From positions 62,001 to 126,000 of IMG/VR virus record IMGVR_UViG_3300031951_000001: a stretch of DNA of 64,000 nucleotides. One strand, written 5' to 3'. The notes beneath the pieces are model-generated. The model saw only the letters and a program-made list of their open reading frames with translations, did not search any database and was not told the DNA's origin. The position numbers were made by a program, and so were the translations under genes. Shown one piece after another: positions 47,223 to 57,142 of this stretch. The first letter of the stretch is position 1, and each line of letters opens with the position of its first letter.

Positions 47223-47629
47223 GTTATTTGATTTATGTAAATGAGTTAGGTCCAAACTATAAGGGAGACAACATTTATGAGTTTATTTTCTCGGATAGTT
47301 TAGACGGAGTTTGGGGTGACTCTTGGGAATCAAAACCGTCAAACGGTTACCCATCACCACCGGACTTGGAATTTATAAAAAAGGTAGGAGTTCTAAAAAA
47401 CGATACAATTAGTATGTCAGTTATTCAGAACTCCGATTTTTTTTCTATGATAGACGCAATTGACGGAGTTATTGCCCTATCTTGGGAGAACGATAGTGAA
47501 GAAGTTAATTTCGATACGAAAAAAAGATTAGTTTTTCGTTTCGGAGAAAAAGAAGAAACGGTTAAAAATAAACTTTACGAACGAGATTTAGTATTAGAGT
47601 TCGAAAAAAAAGTGGTTTATGAACATTGA
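47219..47629 (+). CDS. hypothetical protein
   Basis: 136 aa, coupled to its neighbours. Confidence 0.7.
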   Translation: MSYLIYVNELGPNYKGDNIYEFIFSDSLDGVWGDSWESKPSNGYPSPPDLEFIKKVGVLKNDTISMSVIQNSDFFSMIDAIDGVIALSWENDSEEVNFDTKKRLVFRFGEKEETVKNKLYERDLVLEFEKKVVYEH

Positions 47630-48578
47630 AAAAAAGATATTAAGATTATTGGAACATGGGTTCAATACATCTACATTAGCAGACCTGAAACCAAAGCAGA
47701 TTGAAGCGTTATACAATAGATTGGTTGAGGCTAAAGAAGAAAATAAAGAACAGTCAACACCCCAAAATACAACCGCAACAAGTAAAACAATCACATCATA
47801 TGAAGTTAAACCAAATAGTAAAACTATGGTTAATGGACTTGAGGTTGATACTACGGGAGGTAAAACCAGAATAACTCCATTAAAAGAAATAGATGACACT
47901 GAAACCGAGGATATTGCTTTAGCGGTAAGTGAGAAAGACCCTGATTTAGGTTTAGCGATGAGTGAAGACTTAAAAGAAAAATTTGAATCCAAGAAACAAC
48001 AGAAATATTTTTTTGCTAAATGTGGTGATGGTAAAACTAAAGAACAAAAAAAATGGTGTAAAATGGCAAAAGAATTCGCCGATTCTACCAAAAACTTTAG
48101 TAAATTACCTGAAAAAAAAGATGAAACAAATGAAGATTTTTCCTTCAAAAATTATTTAGAAAAGGTTGGAAGTACTATAGCGGGAAATATTGCTAAAGAG
48201 GTTCCAAACTCATTAAGACCAACATTCGAAGGTAAATTGGAAGAAAGTATTATGAACATGGTAAACAAACACATAACACCAAAAATGACCAAAAAAGATT
48301 TTATAAAAACAATCACTGAAGCGGAAAGGGAAGTTGAGACACCTGTTAAACCAGATGTTAAACCTGAAAGACCAAGACCACAAACTCCGTATCAACCGAA
48401 GCATAAACCAGCCCCAAAGGCGGGTGAGAAAGAAGTAGAAACCCCTGTCAAACCTGACGTTAAACCTGAAAGACCAAGACCGGCAACTCCATATCAACCA
48501 AAACATAAACCAGCCCCAAAAGCGGAGGATATCCCACAGTGGATAACATTTGACGCTATTGGTATTAATTTGAAGTAA
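47619..48578 (+). CDS. hypothetical protein with duplicated Pro/Lys-rich tail
   Basis: FESKKQQKYFFAKC; 34-aa tandem repeat. Confidence 0.7.
   Translation: MNIEKKILRLLEHGFNTSTLADLKPKQIEALYNRLVEAKEENKEQSTPQNTTATSKTITSYEVKPNSKTMVNGLEVDTTGGKTRITPLKEIDDTETEDIALAVSEKDPDLGLAMSEDLKEKFESKKQQKYFFAKCGDGKTKEQKKWCKMAKEFADSTKNFSKLPEKKDETNEDFSFKNYLEKVGSTIAGNIAKEVPNSLRPTFEGKLEESIMNMVNKHITPKMTKKDFIKTITEAEREVETPVKPDVKPERPRPQTPYQPKHKPAPKAGEKEVETPVKPDVKPERPRPATPYQPKHKPAPKAEDIPQWITFDAIGINLK
48324..48527 (+). repeat. 102-bp in-frame tandem duplication
   Basis: E(R/K)EVETPVKPDVKPERPRP(Q/A)TPYQPKHKPAPKA twice, with synonymous divergence. Confidence 0.85.
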
Positions 48579-48579
48579 A

Positions 48580-49905
48580 ATGAGCTTTAATCCTAATATG
48601 AAAAAAACTTTAGAGACAAAAACTAAATTGGAAAAAAAATTAGTTACTGAAGGTCTAACAAAAAAAGAAAAAGATACTTTGAAAAAGTTGAAAACAAAAA
48701 TTAATGAAGCTCCAATCGATTATGAAGGTCCTGAAAGAATGGACCCCAATATCGAGAGAAAAATTACAAGTAGAGAAACTCCATTTTCATCTAGTCCGGC
48801 AATGCCAACAGGTGACCGTGATTTCGTTGAATTGGTTTCATCTCAAAGATTTAAAAACTCTGTAGAGAATGTTGGTCGTTATTTAGGAACTACCGCACCT
48901 TTACAAGGTCGTAATCCTTTGATGCAACTTATGGGAATGGCGATGCAATCGCTACAACAAGTTATGAGAATTGAATTCCAGAACAGGGAATATCTCGAAA
49001 GACTGGCAGTTGATTTGGTTAAAAAAGAAATGGGAATTCCTGAAGGAGCAATGCAGTTTGATGCGAAGTTAGTTTCAGGTCCAATGTCTTCGGCTGAAGG
49101 AATGAGAGCCGAACCTCAAACACCAAGTAAGGAAGATGTAAAACAGGCTTTCAAACACCAAGAAGAACTTGAGGATTTTGCCGATGAGTTTGAAAAATTT
49201 AATTTGGAGAAGTCAAAAAGAAGATTTATTAATTCATTGATACAAGGTGCGTCTAAAAAAGGACACTATATGTTTGAGTTGGTTAGAGATGAACTAAATC
49301 GTCTTGACCCGAATTTGGTTAATTTATATGGTGTTAATCAATCGCTTATGGACCATTTATATTGGGTAATGCCTGATATGGAAAGTATGGCTGCTAGCGG
49401 TGGAGGTCAAATGGGGCAAACTAGTGTTGACCCTGAAACAGACCCCCCAACAGTTAAAGCAAGAGCCGCAACTTTTCCACTCCTTATTCACGAATTGATT
49501 AAGGGTGTTTATGAAATATTTGGTACTCACGGATTACCTGATGACCCACGTCAAGCCGAAATGGTTATGGGGTCTGAAGATACATTACCTGCGGAAATAT
49601 GGGATATGAGATTAGGTCCGATATTTTGGGAAAAATTCACCGCGGCATATCCAATTGAATTATTTGATGATGATAAGAAACATATCCAACATTACTTGTT
49701 CATGAGATTTTCTAAATTACCGGCTGAGGACTTTTTCAAATTTGCCAAAGCGGTATTAAACGGAGACCCGGCAGGAACAAAAGCGATACAAAGAATGGTT
49801 GATGAGATTGTTTCTGATTTGAAGAAACAAGAATATGAACAAGAAGCTTCCAAATGGGAAGACGATGATATCGATGACGTAGATTTAAGTAGTTTAGGTC
49901 TTTAA
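48580..49905 (+). CDS. phage protein upstream of terminase
   Basis: 441 aa; KRRFINSLIQG and HELIKG motifs. Confidence 0.7.
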   Translation: MSFNPNMKKTLETKTKLEKKLVTEGLTKKEKDTLKKLKTKINEAPIDYEGPERMDPNIERKITSRETPFSSSPAMPTGDRDFVELVSSQRFKNSVENVGRYLGTTAPLQGRNPLMQLMGMAMQSLQQVMRIEFQNREYLERLAVDLVKKEMGIPEGAMQFDAKLVSGPMSSAEGMRAEPQTPSKEDVKQAFKHQEELEDFADEFEKFNLEKSKRRFINSLIQGASKKGHYMFELVRDELNRLDPNLVNLYGVNQSLMDHLYWVMPDMESMAASGGGQMGQTSVDPETDPPTVKARAATFPLLIHELIKGVYEIFGTHGLPDDPRQAEMVMGSEDTLPAEIWDMRLGPIFWEKFTAAYPIELFDDDKKHIQHYLFMRFSKLPAEDFFKFAKAVLNGDPAGTKAIQRMVDEIVSDLKKQEYEQEASKWEDDDIDDVDLSSLGL

Positions 49906-49958
49906 TTAAAAACCCCCACATTGTTGGGGGTTTAATATTTATATACAAATACAATCTT

Positions 49959-51719
49959 ATGACAAAAGAACAAGTGATGATTGAATACGTTAGGTGTATG
50001 AAGGATACTTCATATGCCCTTCGTACATATCTACAAACCTATGACAATACAGTTTCAAAATACGTTCCTTTGGAATTATTCCCTGACCAGATATCCTTAC
50101 TTGAGGATTATGAGAACTTTAATGAAAACATTGCGTTAAAATATAGACAGGCGGGGGTATCTACGGTGACCGCCGCTTGGATATCAAAAAAACTGGCGTT
50201 CGCTAAAAAAATTAAGCCTGAAAAAATTCTTATAATCGCCAACAAACTTGATACATCTCAAGAAATGGCAAATAAAATTAGGGCATTTATGACACAATGG
50301 CCGTCTTGGGTTGGGATTGATTTTTCAACAGAAAAAGACTCACAGAAACATTATAAATTAAATAATGGTTGTGAGGTTAAAGCCGTGGCAACATCTAAAG
50401 ACGCATTACGTGGATTTACCCCAACGATATTAATATTTGACGAGGCGGCATTTATAGACGCTGACAGTGATTTTTGGGCGGCTTGTATGGCGTCGTTGTC
50501 TACGGGTGGTAAAGTAATAGTTGTATCAACTCCTAACGGATATGACCCAATCTATTATGAAATCTACGACCAAGCATTAAGGAATATGAACGATTTCAAA
50601 ATTTCTGAAATGTATTGGTTTAGAGACCCAAGATATACAAAAGATTTATATCTTGTTAAGACAAAAGACATTATTCATTATCTATTAAATAAAGAAGAAT
50701 ATAATCCTGATGATATTATAAGTTGGGAAAATATACCATTTGAAAAACGAGATTACGTTGAGTTAAAATCAATTATGGACACAGGTTATAAGCCATGTTC
50801 TGCTTGGTTTGAGGGGATGGTTAAGAAACTTAAGTACGACAAACGTAAGGTTTCACAGGAATTGGAATGTAACTTTTTGGGGTCAGGTGATAACGTATTT
50901 GACTCAAATTTGTTACAAAAAGTTAGGGAAAATTATATACGAGAACCACAAAATAAAATGATGGGTAACGCCCTTTGGATTTGGAAAGAACCTGTTATTG
51001 GTCATAAGTATGTGATGGGTGTCGATGTTAGTAGGGGTGATAGTGAAGATTTTAGTTCGTTTCAAATAATTGATTTTGATACTAGAGAACAAGTTGCGGA
51101 GTTTGTTGGAAAACTTCCTCCTGACACCATGGCCGATGTTTGTTACAAATGGGCAAATATGTATTCTTGTTTTGTTGTGATTGATATCACTGGTGGAATG
51201 GGCGTTTCTACCGCAAGAAAAATGCAAGAAATAGGATATAAGGACTTATATGTTGATGGTGTTGATACCGCGAACAAATGGAAGTGGGACCCAAAGGCTG
51301 CTGAAAAAATACCGGGAATAAATTTTAACAATAAACGAGTACAGATTATTGCGGCTTTTGAGGAAGCAATGAGACACGAATTTAAGATTTACAGTAATCG
51401 TTTGTTTAACGAGATGAATACGTTTGTTTATATAAACGGACGACCTGACCACCAAAAAGGTCACCACGATGACTTAATCATGTCAATCGCTATGGCTTGT
51501 TATGTTGCGGAATCTTCATTCTCACAATTAACAAAAGTTACAGAACAGACAAAAGCGATGTTAGAATCTTGGTCTGTCAGTAATAACGATAATGTAAGTG
51601 CTCAAATCGCATTTAATCCGGTAATACCAAATTATACAGATAGAACCAATCAATTTAACGGTAATAATATAACCAAAGATGATTATATGAAATACGGTTG
51701 GTTATTTGGAGGTAGATAA
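49959..51719 (+). CDS. terminase large subunit
   Basis: KYRQAGVST (Walker A-like), LIFDEAAF, STPNG, QELEC, GVDVSRG..DFS, HDDLIMS. Confidence 0.92.
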   Translation: MTKEQVMIEYVRCMKDTSYALRTYLQTYDNTVSKYVPLELFPDQISLLEDYENFNENIALKYRQAGVSTVTAAWISKKLAFAKKIKPEKILIIANKLDTSQEMANKIRAFMTQWPSWVGIDFSTEKDSQKHYKLNNGCEVKAVATSKDALRGFTPTILIFDEAAFIDADSDFWAACMASLSTGGKVIVVSTPNGYDPIYYEIYDQALRNMNDFKISEMYWFRDPRYTKDLYLVKTKDIIHYLLNKEEYNPDDIISWENIPFEKRDYVELKSIMDTGYKPCSAWFEGMVKKLKYDKRKVSQELECNFLGSGDNVFDSNLLQKVRENYIREPQNKMMGNALWIWKEPVIGHKYVMGVDVSRGDSEDFSSFQIIDFDTREQVAEFVGKLPPDTMADVCYKWANMYSCFVVIDITGGMGVSTARKMQEIGYKDLYVDGVDTANKWKWDPKAAEKIPGINFNNKRVQIIAAFEEAMRHEFKIYSNRLFNEMNTFVYINGRPDHQKGHHDDLIMSIAMACYVAESSFSQLTKVTEQTKAMLESWSVSNNDNVSAQIAFNPVIPNYTDRTNQFNGNNITKDDYMKYGWLFGGR

Positions 51720-51784
51720 TATTTATATAAAACCAACAAAATAATATCTATTTAGTTATTATTTGTGGTGATTAAAATTACCCT

Positions 51785-53584
51785 ATGGAGAATAACAATA
51801 ATCAAATTACGGTTTGGCAAAGGTTAACGAGAGCATTTGGTCCAAATGCGTTACTCAACCAGGATTATCCAACCTACAAATTCGATAAGAAGGAGTTACT
51901 TCGCACAACTTCAAAACAAGAATACGATAAAGAGCTGTTACAAGCTCAACAAACTTTTTATTTAGCAAATCAATGGACTAAAATAGAAAGTAATCTTTAT
52001 ACCCAAGCGGTTTATTACGAACCAACAAGATTGGCTTCGTTTTATGATTATGAATCTATGGAATATACTCCCGAGATTTCAGCGGCTTTGGATATCTACG
52101 GTGAAGAGTCAACAACCGTTGACCAGAATGGTTATATGCTTCAGATTTATTCTGAATCAAAAAGAATTAAGGGTATTCTAACCGATTTATTTAACAATGT
52201 TTTAGATATTAACACCAACTTACCTATGTGGACTAGAAACACTTGTAAGTATGGTGATAACTTTGTGTATTTGAAATTAGACCCTGAAAAGGGTGTTGTT
52301 GGGTGTATGCAGTTACCGAACATTGAGATTGAGCGTTTGGAACGTGGTATGCCGGCAAAATCACAGAATGTAGAAGAACCAAAAGAAAATAGAGGGTTAA
52401 GATTTAAGTGGAAAGCAAAGGACATGGAATTTAATTCATGGGAAATTGCTCACTTTAGATTGATGGGTGATGACAGAAAGCTGCCATACGGTACATCTAT
52501 GTTGGAAAAGGCTCGTCGTATTTGGAAACAATTATTGTTATCTGAAGATGCTATGTTGATTTATAGAACATCGAGAGCACCTGAAAGAAGGGTATTCAAA
52601 GTGTTTGTTGGTAATATGGACGATAAAGATGTGGAGGCGTATGTACAACGTGTCGCCAACAAATTCAAACGTGACCAAGTTGTTGACAATAAAACAGGTA
52701 ATGTTGATATGAGATTTAATCAAATGGCCGTTGACCAAGATTACTTTATCCCTGTTAGAGACGCGGCAGCTCCAAACCCAATTGATACATTACCTGGTGC
52801 TCAAAACCTGTCAGAAATTGCGGATATTGAATATATCCAAAAGAAACTTTTGACCGCACTTCGCGTACCAAAAGCATTTTTAGGGTTTGAAGAAGTTGTT
52901 GGTGAAGGTAAAAATTTATCATTACAGGATATTCGTTTTGCTCGCACAATCAATAGAATTCAAAAATGTATGATTGCCGAATTAAATAAAATCGCAATCA
53001 TTCACTTGTTCTTGATGGGATTTGAAGATGAGTTATCAAACTTTACATTAGGGTTAACCAATCCGTCAACCCAAGCAGATTTACTTAAAATTGACGTTTG
53101 GAAAGAAAAAGTTTTATTATATAAAGACGCGGTTACCGCCATCGAAGGTATTGCACCTGTGTCAGTTTCTTGGGCTAAAAAACACGTACTTGGTTTTTCT
53201 GATGAAGAAATTAAACTTGATTTACAACAACAAAGAATTGAAAAGGCAGTTGGTGCAGAATTGACTAACACCGCAACAATCATTACACATACAGGTATAT
53301 TTGATAATATCGATAAATTATATGGTTCTATCACTGGAGGTACTGCGGCTGGAGGAGCACCACCTCCACCACCAGGAGGTGAAGAAATGGGAGGAGCTCC
53401 CCCACCATCTCCACCGGCAGGAGGTGAAGAACCGCCAATTCCCGAGTCGTTTAAGAGGGATAATTTGAAAATTTTACTAGAGAATGATAGTCTAACTGAA
53501 TCAGATAGTTTTATCGATTTATCAAGAGCTAAAAATTCTTTGGGGGAAATTGAGTCTGAATTGTCAAAACTCTTGAGGGATTGA
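51785..53584 (+). CDS. portal protein (T4 gp20-like)
   Basis: EDAMLIYRTSRAPERRVF, DYFIPVR, IDTLPGAQNL, ALRVPK. Confidence 0.93.
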   Translation: MENNNNQITVWQRLTRAFGPNALLNQDYPTYKFDKKELLRTTSKQEYDKELLQAQQTFYLANQWTKIESNLYTQAVYYEPTRLASFYDYESMEYTPEISAALDIYGEESTTVDQNGYMLQIYSESKRIKGILTDLFNNVLDINTNLPMWTRNTCKYGDNFVYLKLDPEKGVVGCMQLPNIEIERLERGMPAKSQNVEEPKENRGLRFKWKAKDMEFNSWEIAHFRLMGDDRKLPYGTSMLEKARRIWKQLLLSEDAMLIYRTSRAPERRVFKVFVGNMDDKDVEAYVQRVANKFKRDQVVDNKTGNVDMRFNQMAVDQDYFIPVRDAAAPNPIDTLPGAQNLSEIADIEYIQKKLLTALRVPKAFLGFEEVVGEGKNLSLQDIRFARTINRIQKCMIAELNKIAIIHLFLMGFEDELSNFTLGLTNPSTQADLLKIDVWKEKVLLYKDAVTAIEGIAPVSVSWAKKHVLGFSDEEIKLDLQQQRIEKAVGAELTNTATIITHTGIFDNIDKLYGSITGGTAAGGAPPPPPGGEEMGGAPPPSPPAGGEEPPIPESFKRDNLKILLENDSLTESDSFIDLSRAKNSLGEIESELSKLLRD

Positions 53585-53603
53585 TATTTATAAATAAAAA
53601 GAC

Positions 53604-54320
53604 ATGGTAAAGTTCGGTTTATTAAAATCAAAGATAGAAAAATTGATGTTAGAATCTTATTCTAACGGAACATTCAAGACTGAAATGAAAAATTTCAAAA
53701 AGAATGTATTGGAAAATAAAAACATTTCAAAACTTTTTTATCTATATGATGAATTGAATTCTAATAAAGGTTTGAATGAATCTATTGTGGATGATTATAT
53801 CTACGAATGTATAACGATATATGAAAATACAATCAATAAGATTAAAAATTCAACCCTTGTTGATTTATCTAATTGGGTGGTTAATGTAAAGTCAGATAAC
53901 AATTACTCTACTATCGACAATCTATTCTCTAATGATGTTCTCACAATTGAATCTAGATTATCTAGCAAAAAATTGATTAAAGAGTCGTTAAAGAAAAAAC
54001 CTGCAGATAAAAAAGAAGTTGTTAATTTACCATTAAGTACTATGGTAAATGTTGCTAATAAAACAATTTCTAATTTTATTGAAAGTTTGAATGAGTCTGA
54101 AAAGAAAGAATTAGTTGATTTTCTTAAGACTGACGATAAAGAATTAGAGGGTAATTTTGAGCAACTAAAAGAAAGTGTCACCAAAAAATTGGAGACAATT
54201 AAAGAGAATGCTGACACAGAAACTAAAAGTAGGATTAATGAAACTTTGGAAAAGGTGGTTTCAGAAAAATACGACAAATTTACTTATTTCAAATTAAAGA
54301 ATCTTAACGAGAATCTTTAA
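53604..54320 (+). CDS. head-module hypothetical protein
   Basis: 238 aa directly after the portal; LNES motifs. Confidence 0.7.
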   Translation: MVKFGLLKSKIEKLMLESYSNGTFKTEMKNFKKNVLENKNISKLFYLYDELNSNKGLNESIVDDYIYECITIYENTINKIKNSTLVDLSNWVVNVKSDNNYSTIDNLFSNDVLTIESRLSSKKLIKESLKKKPADKKEVVNLPLSTMVNVANKTISNFIESLNESEKKELVDFLKTDDKELEGNFEQLKESVTKKLETIKENADTETKSRINETLEKVVSEKYDKFTYFKLKNLNENL

Positions 54321-54505
54321 AAGTCTTTGTTTTTCATTTTCTGAACATACTTGGCCTTTTTCAACATTTTTCTTTTTCTAACCGACTTCTTTTCATACTC
54401 CTTTCTTTCGACGAGTTGACTTGACTGTCGGGTCTTAATCACTTTACTTTTGAGTAACTTTAATGCTCTCTCAATACCGTTTTTATCTACTTTGACAATT
54501 AACAT
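54317..54505 (-). CDS. rpsU: phage-encoded ribosomal protein bS21
   Basis: IERALKLLKSKV..RKEYEKKSVRKR pattern; 62 aa, basic. Confidence 0.85.
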   Translation of the reverse strand: MLIVKVDKNGIERALKLLKSKVIKTRQSSQLVERKEYEKKSVRKRKMLKKAKYVQKMKNKDF

Positions 54506-54599
54506 ATATAATAAATAACGCTTAAATTGAATTTTTTTTGACTACCGATACAAATATACTTATTTTTTTAAAAATAAACATCGGTAAAATGAAAAGTTG

Positions 54600-55061
54600 A
54601 TGAAAAAAGGGAAAACTTCACCAATCGCAGGATTTAAAAATGCGAAGGTGATTTATGGCACGGTAGATTCAGTTGAATTTAAGTCTTTATATTTAAACAT
54701 ACAAACTTGGGTAGAACCAATTGTTGATTCTGATAACTGGCAAAGGGTTGTATTAAATCTAACAAGGTCGATTAAACATACGGTACATGAAATATTAGAT
54801 AGATTAGTCTTTGAGGAAAACTTTATTGTGGATTTAGATTTAAGGTCAAGTGGATTATCTCTAAAGAAAAAATCGTTTTTAAATCTAGAGATAAATTTTT
54901 ATATTAAAAAGAAAGATTTAGATTTTAAATCAAAAAAATTAAAGGATATATTGAAAAAAGTAACCAAGGAAATAATATCAATACACTTCACAAAAAACGA
55001 ATACTTCAAATTTTATTTACGTAAAACCGTCAAACCAAAGGAAACTATACTACAAAGTTGA
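54600..55061 (+). CDS. hypothetical protein
   Basis: YGTVD..SLYLNIQTW..IVDLDLRSSG. Confidence 0.7.
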   Translation: MKKGKTSPIAGFKNAKVIYGTVDSVEFKSLYLNIQTWVEPIVDSDNWQRVVLNLTRSIKHTVHEILDRLVFEENFIVDLDLRSSGLSLKKKSFLNLEINFYIKKKDLDFKSKKLKDILKKVTKEIISIHFTKNEYFKFYLRKTVKPKETILQS

Positions 55062-55085
55062 AAAACAAAGTATTTATTATAAAAA

Positions 55086-55811
55086 ATGAATATGGAAGTT
55101 TTGAAACCCGGACAATCAGGCAAAGGCATTCTAATCGAATACGATGCTGGATACTTATCACCAACTGAAAAACGTAATGTTGATTTGATACATGAGTCCA
55201 AAGGAATGTTGGACCATTCAAAACCATTTGAATTCTACGCAGTACTTCAGAAATTTAACACCCCAAACAGAAACGGAAGAATATATCCTGAAAAAGTATT
55301 AAAGAGAGAAGCCGACAATTATAAGAAAATGATTAACAAGGGTATTGCTTTATCCGAACTTAATCACCCTGAGTCATCACTTGTTGACTTGGACAGAGTT
55401 TCTCATTCAATTAGTGATATATGGTGGGAAGGTCCTGTTCTTATGGGTAAATTAAAATTATTAACTTCACCAGGTTTTCATGAGAGAGGTATTGTATCAA
55501 CCAAAGGAGACCAAGCGGCAAATCTTTTAAGACAAGGTGTTACACTTGGTATATCATCTCGTGGTGTAGGGTCGCTTAAAAAAATTGGGGAACAAAACGA
55601 AGTACAGGATGACTTTGAGTTGATTTGTTTTGACCTTGTATGGTCTCCATCCACTCCTGGTGCTTATCTTTTCACTGAACCTGATGACAGATTTAAGTTT
55701 GAAGAAAACTTGGATGAGGAGAAAAAAATGAAAGCTGAAAGAGAATTTGGTGGCCCAACCGACAAATCGCTTGACTTAATGAAGAAATTGAACGATTATT
55801 TGGGTTACTAA
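55086..55811 (+). CDS. prohead core protease (T4 gp21-like)
   Basis: NRNGRIYP, ELNHP, VSH, GISSRGVGS, FDLV..PSTPGA. Confidence 0.92.
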   Translation: MNMEVLKPGQSGKGILIEYDAGYLSPTEKRNVDLIHESKGMLDHSKPFEFYAVLQKFNTPNRNGRIYPEKVLKREADNYKKMINKGIALSELNHPESSLVDLDRVSHSISDIWWEGPVLMGKLKLLTSPGFHERGIVSTKGDQAANLLRQGVTLGISSRGVGSLKKIGEQNEVQDDFELICFDLVWSPSTPGAYLFTEPDDRFKFEENLDEEKKMKAEREFGGPTDKSLDLMKKLNDYLGY

Positions 55812-55822
55812 AACTCAATAAA

Positions 55823-56032
55823 ATGGACGAAAAATATTTTGTAGCAAAAATTACAACAGACATGCCTGACTCCGAAACAGGTAAAATTAAAAAATTAAGA
55901 CAGGAAAAATTAGTTAAAGGTTATTCACCGACTGATGTTGAAGCAAAAGTGACAAAGGTTTTTGAGAACTATTCGGAAGACTGGAGAATAACAGCTATTG
56001 TAGAAAGTAAAATTGATGAAGTGATAGGATAA
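55823..56032 (+). CDS. small hypothetical protein
   Basis: 69 aa followed by a terminator at about 56055-56082. Confidence 0.7.
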   Translation: MDEKYFVAKITTDMPDSETGKIKKLRQEKLVKGYSPTDVEAKVTKVFENYSEDWRITAIVESKIDEVIG

Positions 56033-56103
56033 TCAAAAAATTATCAATAGTTGTAAAAGGAGGGGAAACCCTCCTTTTTTTTATTCTGATATATTTATCA
56101 GAT

Positions 56104-57060
56104 ATGAAAATTACAATTTCAGAGGGTCAGTATAAGATACTATCAGAATATTTCAAAAGACCAACAGACCCTATTGCCGCTCATATTAGGAAAACATTGA
56201 AAGATGTTTATTCCCCATCTAATTGGGGTAAAATTGAAAACCCTGATGAGGGTTGTGCCACCGATTTTGGGGTCATTGGGGTTTATCAGCATATACCTGG
56301 TAAAGATGAATGGTCGATACTTAACAGATTTGACACCAATACCAAAGTAAGACGAAAAATGGAGTCCTTGTTTCATGAGGATGAACCTGATACTGAATTA
56401 ACTCCTAAAAAATTCATGGAGTGGATTACTCTGAACGCAGAAAGATTATTTAAGGGTCCAATCACTGATGAATTAGTAGAATTGAATAAAACCACAATTG
56501 AGAGGGGAAATCAAAATGAAGATTATGCAATTCAAATATTACAAGAATTTTTCGGTGAGAACGCCAAAATTGTAAGATTTTGTTCTGGTGATATTAGAGA
56601 CACTAGAAAGGGAATGGATATTGCGGTAACTGCGGGTGGTAAAACATTTCACGTACAAGTAAAACCATTTACCTACATAAGAAGTTTGGTTGATAAAGAT
56701 GGTGATACTTTTTTTGAAGTAACATCAAGGGGTTTTGACTCTACAAAATATTCTGAATCAAATGTACAAGTATTTTTATTCGTTGATTTAGATAGAAAAA
56801 GATATGTTGCATTCGCTAATAAGAAAAATAAAATTAGAAAAGTAACAACTGAAATAACAAGGTATGACGAACCGTATCTGTTAAGCAATATAAATTTTGA
56901 AGGTCAAACAAAAGTTAAGTCATATAGAAACACTCCTGTCGAAGACGATATATTCAAAGTCGGAGAAAGAAGATTACAAAATCTAGAATTTAGAAAAGCG
57001 GAAATCGAAAAAATGATTGAGCTTGAAAAACAAAAGTTAGGAAAATCAGGAGAAAAATAA
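56104..57060 (+). CDS. PD-(D/E)xK-like nuclease with ITISEGQY leader
   Basis: GNQNE..D..KGMDIAV..HVQVKP. Confidence 0.55.
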   Translation: MKITISEGQYKILSEYFKRPTDPIAAHIRKTLKDVYSPSNWGKIENPDEGCATDFGVIGVYQHIPGKDEWSILNRFDTNTKVRRKMESLFHEDEPDTELTPKKFMEWITLNAERLFKGPITDELVELNKTTIERGNQNEDYAIQILQEFFGENAKIVRFCSGDIRDTRKGMDIAVTAGGKTFHVQVKPFTYIRSLVDKDGDTFFEVTSRGFDSTKYSESNVQVFLFVDLDRKRYVAFANKKNKIRKVTTEITRYDEPYLLSNINFEGQTKVKSYRNTPVEDDIFKVGERRLQNLEFRKAEIEKMIELEKQKLGKSGEK

Positions 57061-57142
57061 TAAAAAATATTTAGTATCAAAACGAATAATAAAAAATTTT
57101 TATGATTTGATACATATTTATATAGAAAAATAAAAACAAAGA

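Noticed and set aside
53002-53631. 209-aa minus-strand ORF and similar shadow ORFs (e.g. 23353-23715, 46583-47020, 47594-48148, 57118-57555)
   Set aside because: Antisense to well-supported genes; their Ser/Phe-rich sequence is the mirror of Glu/Lys-rich sense codons.
49936-57122. T4 late promoters (TATAAATA) on the minus strand
   Set aside because: The matches sit just before plus-strand starts and flip with gene orientation, so the sense TATTTAT reading fits better.
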